Shown: positions 37,543 through 44,976 of the stretch, in pieces
Layout: each line of letters starts with the position of its first letter
Position numbering within the stretch: position 1 is the stretch's first letter
NCBI GenBank assembly: GCA_965226875.1
Contig: OZ245439.1
Coordinates: forward strand, 3,382,316 to 3,446,315
Length of the DNA: 64,000 bases
From: Dehalococcoidia bacterium
GTDB lineage: Bacteria; Chloroflexota; Dehalococcoidia; Lucifugimonadales; UBA3495
Direction: 5' to 3'
Program-made: the position numbers and the translations under genes
The notes under the pieces: model-generated
What the model was told of the DNA's origin: nothing
What the model saw: the letters and a program-made list of their open reading frames with translations, nothing else
The model's database searches: none

Positions 37543-38850
37543 ATGATTGCCATTGAGCAGGTGCGGCGCGACCCGGATACGGTGCGGCGGGCGATGCAGT
37601 CCCGCGGCGAGCCGGACCCGGTGGACGAGCTGCTGGAACTGGATGCCTCCTGGCGGCAGGACAAGACGCAGTCCGACGAGATACGCAACCGGCGCAACCA
37701 GGTGAACCGGGAAATCGGACACGCCCGCTCCGCCGGGCAGCCACCCGCTCCCGAAGTCATCGAGGAGATGCGCAACCTGGGGCGCCAGGTGGACGAACTG
37801 GAGGCCAGCGCCCAGGAAGCCGAGGAACGAATCCACCAGTTGCTGCTGGGCCTGCCTAACCTCCCGTTGGCCGAGGTCCCCCTGGGCAGCGATTCAGAGG
37901 ACAACCGCATCTACCGGGAGGAAGGCGAACCGGTGGAACTAGGCTTCGAGGGCCTGCCCCACTGGGAACTGGGCGAGCGGCTGGGCATCATAGACTTCCA
38001 GCGCGGCGCGAAGCTGTCGGGCAGCCGTTTCTACACCTCCATCGGCCCGGGGGCGCGGCTGGAGCGCGCTCTTATCTCCTGGATGCTGGACCTGCACACC
38101 GGCGAGCACGGCTACACCGAGCTGGCCCTGCCCGCCGTGGTGCGCCGCGACGTGATGGAAGGATCGGGCAACCTGCCCAAGTTCGCCGACAACCTGTATC
38201 ACGACGAAGAGGACGATCTCTGGCTCATCCCCACCGCCGAGGTGCCCATCACCAACCTGTACCGCGACGAGATCATCCCGCCGGGCCGTCTGCCCTTATA
38301 CTACGTGGCCCAGACCCCTTGCTTCCGGCGCGAGAAGGCGGCGGCGGGGCGCGACACACGGGGCATCAAGCGTGTGCATCAGTTCAACAAGGTCGAGATG
38401 TACCATTTCGTCGAGCCGGAAACCTCCTCCGGGGAGCTGGAGCGGCTGCTGGGCCACGCCGAGGAAATCTGCCGCCGCCTGGGATTTACCTGGCGCGTGC
38501 TGGAGCTGTGCACTGGCGACATGGGCTTCGCCGCCGCCAAAACCTACGACATCGAAGTCTGGGCCGCAGGATGCCAGGAGTGGCTGGAGGTCAGCTCCTG
38601 CTCCAACTGCACCGACTTTCAGGCAAGAAGGGCAAACATCCGCTATCGCCGGGAGCAGGGCGCCCGGCCCCAGTTGCCCCACACCCTCAACGGCTCCGGC
38701 CTGGCGCTGCCCAGGGTGATTATCGCCATCTTGGAGAATAACCAGCAGCCCGACGGCTCGATCATAATCCCCGAAGTCCTGCGCCCCTACACCGGCTTCG
38801 ACCGCATCGAGGCGCCGGAAAGCTTTGGCAGGCCGACGCCCTCGCCGTAA
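37543..38850 (+). CDS. serS: serine--tRNA ligase
   Basis: N-terminal coiled coil, FRREKAAAGRDTRGIKRVHQF, GSGLALPRVIIAILEN motifs. Confidence 0.92.
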   Translation: MIAIEQVRRDPDTVRRAMQSRGEPDPVDELLELDASWRQDKTQSDEIRNRRNQVNREIGHARSAGQPPAPEVIEEMRNLGRQVDELEASAQEAEERIHQLLLGLPNLPLAEVPLGSDSEDNRIYREEGEPVELGFEGLPHWELGERLGIIDFQRGAKLSGSRFYTSIGPGARLERALISWMLDLHTGEHGYTELALPAVVRRDVMEGSGNLPKFADNLYHDEEDDLWLIPTAEVPITNLYRDEIIPPGRLPLYYVAQTPCFRREKAAAGRDTRGIKRVHQFNKVEMYHFVEPETSSGELERLLGHAEEICRRLGFTWRVLELCTGDMGFAAAKTYDIEVWAAGCQEWLEVSSCSNCTDFQARRANIRYRREQGARPQLPHTLNGSGLALPRVIIAILENNQQPDGSIIIPEVLRPYTGFDRIEAPESFGRPTPSP

Positions 38851-38946
38851 CGGCCGTGGCCCCTTGCCGTGATTGCAAGCTCGGCAGACACATTGACCTG
38901 CGAGACGATGCTCAAGGATTGGCGCAGTAGCCGGACAACTCCGCTT

Positions 38947-38974
38947 GAAATCAGTGTCCCGAAATCAGTGTCCC
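38947..38974 (+). repeat. perfect tandem 14-bp direct repeat GAAATCAGTGTCCC x2 just upstream of the deacetylase SD
   Basis: Read directly. Confidence 0.8.
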
Positions 38975-38995
38975 GTTAGTTTAGGAGGTAAGCAC

Positions 38996-39814
38996 ATGGC
39001 AGGAATCTGGCCCGATGAAATCCAGTGCGTGGCGATGCTGGGGTTCGACGTTGACGGCGTTTCGTCCTGGCTGAACCGGGACCCCAACTTCAAGAACCAT
39101 CCCAGCCTGATGTCCATGGCAGAGTATGGCCCCAGCGTGGCCACGCCCCGCATCCTGAACCTGCTGGACGCCCACGACATTCCGGCCAGCTTCTACATCC
39201 CTGGCTATGTGGCCGAGACGCATCCGCGGCTGGTGCGGGAAATCGCCGCTCGCGGTCACGAGGTTGCCCATCACGGCTATATGCACGAGCCGCCGTCAAC
39301 GCTGACCCGCGAGCAGGAGGACGACGTGCTGCGCCGGGGCATAGACATCCTCGGCGGCCTCACAGGGGAGCGGCCCCTGGGCTACCGCTCGCCAAGCTGG
39401 GAACTCAGCGAGCATTCGCTGGACCTGCTGGCCTCCCACGGTTTCGTCTACGACAGCAGCATGATGGGCGACGACGCTCCCTACGTCGAGACTGCGCCGC
39501 AGTCGGGGCAGAAGCTGGTGGAAATCCCCATCCACTGGCTGCTGGACGACGCCCCCAACTTCGTCTACGCGCCGGTGGCCAACCGCCTGGGCCCCATGCG
39601 CAACCCCGACGAGGTTTACGGCACCTGGAAGGCGGAGTTCGAGGGCCTCTACCGCTACGGCCGCTCCTTCGTGCTCACCATGCACCCGCAGTACATCGGC
39701 CGCCCCGGCCGCCTGCTGATGCTGGAGAAGCTCATCGAGTTCATCAAGTCCCATCGCAACGTCGAGTTCATGCGCGGCATAGACGCGGCGCGGCTGTTCG
39801 CACCCGCGGAGTGA
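38996..39814 (+). CDS. polysaccharide deacetylase (NodB-homology) family protein
   Basis: FDVDG...ASFYIPG...GHEVAHHGYMHE motifs; AGGAGG SD. Confidence 0.8.
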   Translation: MAGIWPDEIQCVAMLGFDVDGVSSWLNRDPNFKNHPSLMSMAEYGPSVATPRILNLLDAHDIPASFYIPGYVAETHPRLVREIAARGHEVAHHGYMHEPPSTLTREQEDDVLRRGIDILGGLTGERPLGYRSPSWELSEHSLDLLASHGFVYDSSMMGDDAPYVETAPQSGQKLVEIPIHWLLDDAPNFVYAPVANRLGPMRNPDEVYGTWKAEFEGLYRYGRSFVLTMHPQYIGRPGRLLMLEKLIEFIKSHRNVEFMRGIDAARLFAPAE

Positions 39815-39850
39815 TGATGCACTGTTAATTTACGACATTCCCGCAAACAT

Positions 39851-39901
39851 AAATAGCGACAGGCGTTATTCTCGAATCAAAAATAACGCCTGTCGCTATT
39901 T
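39851..39901 (+). terminator. 20-bp-stem hairpin followed by a T-rich tract (intrinsic terminator of the deacetylase gene)
   Basis: AAATAGCGACAGGCGTTATT-loop-AATAACGCCTGTCGCTATTT then TCTATT. Confidence 0.65.
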
Positions 39902-39912
39902 CTATTCCACCA

Positions 39913-40078
39913 CTAGGTTCTGTTGACATTTGCATTTGTAACCGATGTGCAGGCCCATTTCATGTCATTCCAAGTGCAGGAAAGCACTAATGGCCTTGAA
40001 TCGGAGTGATAAGTCCAGGATTCTTCGTCGCTATTTCCCCGGAATGACCCGCAACAGCGAAATGTCAACAGAACCTAG
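39913..40078. mobile_element. MITE family B (166 bp) with 19-bp IRs CTAGGTTCTGTTGACATTT, 2 mismatches from the IRs of the IS at 8925-9738
   Basis: Left IR 39913-39931, right IR 40060-40078; no ORF; directly upstream of the Fic gene. Confidence 0.8.
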
Positions 40079-40149
40079 TAATTTACACTTAGAGGCCAAA
40101 TGAAAATAATTGCTGGCGCTATTTTTGTTTCGTAACCGGAGGCACCCCA

Positions 40150-41310
40150 GTGAAACGCGAACACAACGGGCGCTACGAAGTAACCTGGACCGTTAGCGAA
40201 GCCGTCCGAGTTTTCATCCCAGCTCCTCTACCACCAGTTCCCGACCTTGACATAGCGTCTTTGCAGCCCACTATGGCGAGGGCGCACCTGTCCTTGGGGC
40301 GATTGGACGGCCTCGCTCTGCAACTACCTGACACTCCACTGTTCCTCTATTCCTATGTCCGAAAGGAAGCAGTGCTGTCATCTCAAATCGAAGGCACTCA
40401 GTCGTCTCTATCCGATTTGATGCTATTCGAGATGGACGACGCCCCTGGTGTTCCCGTTGACGACGTTGTGGAGGTCTCCAATTACGTAAAGGCGATGGAG
40501 CATGGACTGCGTCGTCTTCGCGAAGGCTTTCCGCTTTCTAACCGCTTGATACGCGAGATTCATGCCGAATTGCTATCGCGGGGCCGCGGCAGCGATAAAT
40601 TACCAGGGGAATTTCGAAGATCCCAAAACTGGATAGGCGGCTCTCGTCCCGGAACCGCCTACTATGTTCCGCCGCCTCACAATGCTGTACCAGATTGCAT
40701 GGGAGAGCTGGAGAAGTTTCTTCACGCCCAGGAGACAAACCTTCCGCCGCTGGTAAAGGCAGGACTGAGCCATGGGCAGTTTGAGAGTATCCACCCGTTC
40801 CTTGACGGCAACGGCCGGGTAGGGAGGCTGTTAATTGCCCTGCTGCTGGTTCATGACGAAGTGCTGCGTCAACCGATGCTTTATTTGAGCCTGTACTTCA
40901 AGCATCATCGCCAAACTTACTACGAGTTGCTAAGCGGCCTTAGAGAAAATGGCGATTGGGAAGAGTGGCTCCTGTTTTTTTTGGAAGGCGTAACGCAGAC
41001 TGCCGAAAGAGCCGCCTCAACAGCCCGGCAACTGCTGGACTTGTTCGACGAAGATGCATCCCGAATTCAGCAGCAGGGCCGGACTGCAAGTTCCGCTCTC
41101 CGAGTTCACCGGGCATTGCAAGAGCGACCAATCATATCGTTGCGAGAGGTGGGAGACCGCGCTGGCCTCGCCTCAACGGCAACCACCACCGGAATGCGCG
41201 TACTGGAAACTCTGGGCATAGCTCGCGAGATTACGGGAAGGGAACGCGACCGTAGATATGCCTACCAGCAGTACATCGACATCCTGTCCGAGGGCACCGA
41301 GCCGCTCTGA
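40150..41310 (+). CDS. Fic/DOC family protein (probable AMPylase) with N-terminal inhibitory motif and C-terminal wHTH-like region
   Basis: HPFLDGNGRVGRLL active site; SSQIEG fits (S/T)xxxE(G/N); GGAGG SD before GTG 40150; AT-richer. Confidence 0.85.
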   Translation: MKREHNGRYEVTWTVSEAVRVFIPAPLPPVPDLDIASLQPTMARAHLSLGRLDGLALQLPDTPLFLYSYVRKEAVLSSQIEGTQSSLSDLMLFEMDDAPGVPVDDVVEVSNYVKAMEHGLRRLREGFPLSNRLIREIHAELLSRGRGSDKLPGEFRRSQNWIGGSRPGTAYYVPPPHNAVPDCMGELEKFLHAQETNLPPLVKAGLSHGQFESIHPFLDGNGRVGRLLIALLLVHDEVLRQPMLYLSLYFKHHRQTYYELLSGLRENGDWEEWLLFFLEGVTQTAERAASTARQLLDLFDEDASRIQQQGRTASSALRVHRALQERPIISLREVGDRAGLASTATTTGMRVLETLGIAREITGRERDRRYAYQQYIDILSEGTEPL

Positions 41311-41381
41311 CCGCCTCCCGCGCCTTGCCAACGCCGCCGGGCGCGTTTAGCATAGGCGGCAACCCACTGGGAGCGTCTGAT

Positions 41382-41711
41382 ATGACCGATACGGCCAAGT
41401 TTCACGATATGGGCGGGCGGCCCAACGACGAACCCATCGACCAGAGCGAGCACGTCCTGATGGACTGGGAGCGCCGCATCGACTCCATCCGCGGCGTCTT
41501 GGGCGAAAAGGGCTACCTGGGCGTGGACGAACTGCGTCGCGCCATCGAGGCCCTGCCCCCGGAACGCTACGAGTCGCTCAGCTACTACGAGCGTTGGACC
41601 GAGGCAGTGGAGGCACTGCTCGTCGAGAAAGGCGTCGTGACTCCCTCCGAGCTGGACGCGACGATGGCCCGGCAGGAAAACAAATCCCCTCTCCCTCCGG
41701 GGGAGGGTTAG
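41382..41711 (+). CDS. nitrile hydratase beta subunit, N-terminal half (separate ORF)
   Basis: FHDMGG...MDWERRID...YYERWTEAVEALLVEKG; last 9 codons and the TAG lie in a REP element. Confidence 0.75.
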   Translation: MTDTAKFHDMGGRPNDEPIDQSEHVLMDWERRIDSIRGVLGEKGYLGVDELRRAIEALPPERYESLSYYERWTEAVEALLVEKGVVTPSELDATMARQENKSPLPPGEG

Positions 41712-41726
41712 GGTGGGGGCGTCCCC
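41686..41726. repeat. REP family 1, orientation A, at the junction of the two NHase beta ORFs
   Basis: CCCCTCTCCCTCCGGGGGAGGGTTAGGGTGGGGGCGTCCCC; ends 1 nt before ATG 41727. Confidence 0.75.
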
Positions 41727-42026
41727 ATGAGCGCAGCGGAACAGACGACCTTCAACAACGGCGACATGGTAACGGTCCGCATCGGCAACCCGCCGACGCA
41801 CTACCGCACCCCGGTCTACGTGCAGGGCAAGACCGGGCGCGTGGTGGCCCTTTGCGGCGTATACCCCGACCCGGAATCGCTGGCCCACGGCGGCGACGGC
41901 ACGCCCCGCAAGCCCCTCTACCGCGTCGAGTTCCCCCAGACCGATCTCTGGAACGACTACAACGGCCCGCCCACCGACCGCCTGCAAGTGGACATCTACG
42001 AGCACTGGCTGGAGCAGGCATCGTAG
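41727..42026 (+). CDS. nitrile hydratase beta subunit, C-terminal (SH3-like) half (separate ORF)
   Basis: FNNGDMVTVRI...RTPVYVQGKTGRVV...LYRVEF...DIYEHWLE. Confidence 0.75.
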   Translation: MSAAEQTTFNNGDMVTVRIGNPPTHYRTPVYVQGKTGRVVALCGVYPDPESLAHGGDGTPRKPLYRVEFPQTDLWNDYNGPPTDRLQVDIYEHWLEQAS

Positions 42027-42184
42027 GGGACCGGTGGTGTCAGAAAAACGCAAGCTCCCCTCTCTGGAAGAGTGGCTGGCTGTTCGATTGCCTGCGCTGC
42101 ATTCGTGGTCTTGGGGCTTGCGCTGACGATTCTCATATTCTTCTTTCTTAATCCAGAGCAACGTCAACAGAACCGGAGGACGCC

Positions 42185-42832
42185 ATGAGCGAAATAGACC
42201 ACGGCGACCACACGCACCCCGGGATGGACACCGAGGAACTGAGTTATCACGCCCGCCGCGTCCGCGCCATGGAAACGCTGCTGGCCGAGAAGGGCGTGCT
42301 GACGCTGGCGGAAGTGCAGCGCAACGTGGACGCCGTGGAGTCGCGCTCGCCCGCCGACGGCGCCCGCCTGGTGGCCCGGGCCTGGGCCGATGCGGAGTTC
42401 AAGGCCCGGCTGCTGTCCGAGCCGGAGGCGGCGCTGGCCGATATGGGTTACACGCTGCCTGACCCGACGCCCAAGCTGGGCGTGGTGGAAAACTCCGAGG
42501 ACGTGCATCACTTGGTGGTCTGCACCCTCTGCTCCTGCTACCCCCGCGCCCTGCTGGGCCGTCCGCCCGACTGGTACAAGAGCTTCGCCTACCGCTCGCG
42601 GGCTGTCAGCGACCCGCGCGGCGTGCTAGAGGAGTTCGGCACGGAAGTGTCGGATGACACGGAGGTAGTCGTGCTGGACAGCACCGCCGACCTGCGATAC
42701 CTGGTGCTGCCCCAACAGCCTGCCGGCACCGAGGGGATGAGCGAGGAGGAACTCGCCGCCTTGGTGACCCGCGACTCCATGATCGGCGTCTCCCGCGCCC
42801 TAGCCCCGGAGCCTGTCGCCGCCGACGATTAG
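42185..42832 (+). CDS. nitrile hydratase alpha subunit, cobalt type
   Basis: Metal site VVCTLCSCYPRALLG (CTLCSC with Thr/Tyr = Co-type signature). Confidence 0.88.
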   Translation: MSEIDHGDHTHPGMDTEELSYHARRVRAMETLLAEKGVLTLAEVQRNVDAVESRSPADGARLVARAWADAEFKARLLSEPEAALADMGYTLPDPTPKLGVVENSEDVHHLVVCTLCSCYPRALLGRPPDWYKSFAYRSRAVSDPRGVLEEFGTEVSDDTEVVVLDSTADLRYLVLPQQPAGTEGMSEEELAALVTRDSMIGVSRALAPEPVAADD

Positions 42833-42908
42833 TTGGGGTTGTCAACACAAAGGCTGCCCTCATCTCCCAGTTCCGCAGCCCCACTCTGTCATTCCCGTAG
42901 ACCCGCTG

Positions 42909-42931
42909 GGTTCCCGCTTTCGCGGGAATGG
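42909..42931. repeat. REP family 3 hairpin copy
   Basis: GGTTCCCGCTTTCGCGGGAATGG. Confidence 0.55.
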
Positions 42932-42975
42932 CGGAAGTGGTTAGCACCGTCCTGACGAGGGTAGTAAACCCCCGC

Positions 42976-43767
42976 CTAATCCATCAGCCCTTCCAGCAGG
43001 GCCTCCACGGCGGAAACACCGGCGTCGTCGCCCATACCCAGCTTCAGCGGGGTGATGGAGACGTAGTTGTTCTTCAATGCCATGATGTCTGAGTCGGCGG
43101 CCTGCGTCTGGTTGCCGGGACGGTTGCGGGCAATCCGGTAGCGTTTCTCGTCGCCGTCGGTCCCTTCCAGCCGCACCGACTCGCGGTAGGAGAGGCCGCC
43201 AAGCCGTGTCGCACGGATTCCCTTCACGAGGTCGGGGGCCACGTTGGGGACGTTCAGGTTCAGGAACAGTGGCTCGCCCTCCCGCTGGTCCAGGCGGCGG
43301 GCCAGCCCCTCCAGCAACCGCCCGGCCACTTCGTAGCGGGGCGCGGTGACCGAGCCGACGGAGACGGCGATGGTGGAATGCCCGCGATTGTAACCCTGCA
43401 CCGCACCGCCCACGGTTCCCGACACCATCACGTCCCACCCGGTGTTTGAGCCGGAGTTGATGCCCGACACCACCAGGTCCACCCCGCTGGTCAGGGTCTC
43501 CAGCGCCAGGATGCAGCAGTCGCCGGGGGTGCCTTCGGCGGAGTAGGCAGTCACCGGGTGCAGTCCGCCAGTACAATCCTGGAATTCAGTGTCGGGAGTC
43601 CAGGGAATTACCTTCACCGGAGAGTGGAGCGTCAGCGACGCTCCCACGCCGCTCTGCTCCCGGGTGGGGGCCACGACGACCACCTCGCCGACCCTCCGCA
43701 CCGCCCGCACCGCCGCCCACAAGCCGGACGATTCTATACCGTCGTCGTTGATTACCAGTATTTTCAT
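42976..43767 (-). CDS. surE: 5'/3'-nucleotidase SurE
   Basis: MKILVINDDGI...GINSGSNTG motifs. Confidence 0.9.
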   Translation of the reverse strand: MKILVINDDGIESSGLWAAVRAVRRVGEVVVVAPTREQSGVGASLTLHSPVKVIPWTPDTEFQDCTGGLHPVTAYSAEGTPGDCCILALETLTSGVDLVVSGINSGSNTGWDVMVSGTVGGAVQGYNRGHSTIAVSVGSVTAPRYEVAGRLLEGLARRLDQREGEPLFLNLNVPNVAPDLVKGIRATRLGGLSYRESVRLEGTDGDEKRYRIARNRPGNQTQAADSDIMALKNNYVSITPLKLGMGDDAGVSAVEALLEGLMD

Positions 43768-43893
43768 TCAATAACCTGAGAACCCTGTTTGAGGTAAACA
43801 ATCCATTGTAACCTTATCCAAGCCATCCCAACCACTTGTGCGCCAGCAGACCGGCATAGACCGGAACGATGACCAAGAAAATAGAATGCAAAC

Positions 43894-43936
43894 GGAGCGA
43901 AGGCCCCGCCCCCTCAAGGTTGGGCGCCTTCGCTCC
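43894..43936 (-). terminator. hairpin (GGAGCGAAGGC / GCCTTCGCTCC, large loop) followed by a T-rich tract on the minus strand, after the medium subunit gene
   Basis: Read directly; the loop is long so confidence is modest. Confidence 0.35.
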
Positions 43937-43955
43937 GCTCTAAAAGACGCTCTTT

Positions 43956-44891
43956 CTAGTGGTGGGCTAAACCCACGGCGTGGTACAGCGCGTGCTTCAG
44001 CTCGATGCCGGCCATGTTGCGGCGGTAATCGGCGGAGGCGTAGACATCGCCCAGGATGTCGTCGCCCAGGTCGTTGCTCACCAAAGCAGCGGCTTCGGCG
44101 ATGGAGTCGGAGGTGAGTTCGCTTCCGGCCAGTGCCGCCTCCACCGCCGGCGAGCGGGTTGGCTTCGGGGTCAGCCCACCCACGGCGATCCTGGCGGCGG
44201 TGCATCGCGGCGCGTGGTCATGGCCGTGGCCGTGATCATGGTCGTGGCCGTGATCGTGACCATGCCCGCCTCCGCCGCCTTCCAGCGTCACCACGGCCGC
44301 CGCGCCAACCACAGCAAAGGACGTGGCGGGGTGGGACATCTTGGCGTATTCGGCCACCTGATTCGCAGCCAGCGCGGGCACGCTGACGCCGGTCAGCACC
44401 TCGTCGGCCCCCACCGCGGTCTCGAAAGGTCCGAGAAAGAAGTCGTCTGCTGCCACGGTGCGCGATCCCGACGGCCCCTGCAAATTGAAGCTGGCGCCCA
44501 GGGCGGTGAGCACAGTGGGCAGGTCTGAGGCCGGGTCGGCGTGGGAAACGTTGCCGCCGATGGTGCCGCGATTGCGCACCGCCGGGTCGCCGACACCGGC
44601 GGCCGCCTCGGCCAGAATGCCGCAGTTGGCCTGGATGTCCGCCGAGGAGGAAATCTCGTAGTGGGTGGTCAGCGCGCCAATGCTAACGACGCCATCCGCA
44701 ACGCTGATCCCCCGCAGTCCGGCGATGCCGCCGATGTCCACCACCCGCGAGGGACGGGCCAGCCGCAGCTTCATCAATGGGAGGAGGCTGTGCCCGCCGG
44801 CAATTATCTTGGCTTCCGGGTCCTGTCGCAGGATCTCGATGGCCTCGGCCACCGATCCCGCCTTGGTGTATTCAAATTGGGCTGGATACAT
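43956..44891 (-). CDS. molybdenum hydroxylase FAD-binding medium subunit (CoxM/CutM-like) with a His/Asp-rich insertion
   Basis: IIAGGHSLLPLMKLR, GTIGGN FAD motifs; insert GGGGGHGHDHGHDHDHGHGHDH. Confidence 0.85.
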   Translation of the reverse strand: MYPAQFEYTKAGSVAEAIEILRQDPEAKIIAGGHSLLPLMKLRLARPSRVVDIGGIAGLRGISVADGVVSIGALTTHYEISSSADIQANCGILAEAAAGVGDPAVRNRGTIGGNVSHADPASDLPTVLTALGASFNLQGPSGSRTVAADDFFLGPFETAVGADEVLTGVSVPALAANQVAEYAKMSHPATSFAVVGAAAVVTLEGGGGGHGHDHGHDHDHGHGHDHAPRCTAARIAVGGLTPKPTRSPAVEAALAGSELTSDSIAEAAALVSNDLGDDILGDVYASADYRRNMAGIELKHALYHAVGLAHH

Positions 44892-44925
44892 CGCTTAGCT
44901 CCTCGGGCCAGTCTCCCTATCTCTC

Positions 44926-44970
44926 GGGGGGACGCCCTCACCCTGACCCTCTCCCACAGGGAGAGGGAAC
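44926..44970. repeat. REP family 1, orientation B, between large and medium subunit genes
   Basis: GGGGGGACGCCCTCACCCTGACCCTCTCCCACAGGGAGAGGGAAC. Confidence 0.7.
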
Positions 44971-44976
44971 TAATTG

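Noticed and set aside
42033-42175. Complete degenerate MITE between NHase beta-C and alpha
   Set aside because: Only the right-end 12-mer GTCAACAGAACC matches the IS/MITE B inverted repeat convincingly. The putative left end matches about 8 of 14 positions. It is reported only as a possible solo IR remnant.
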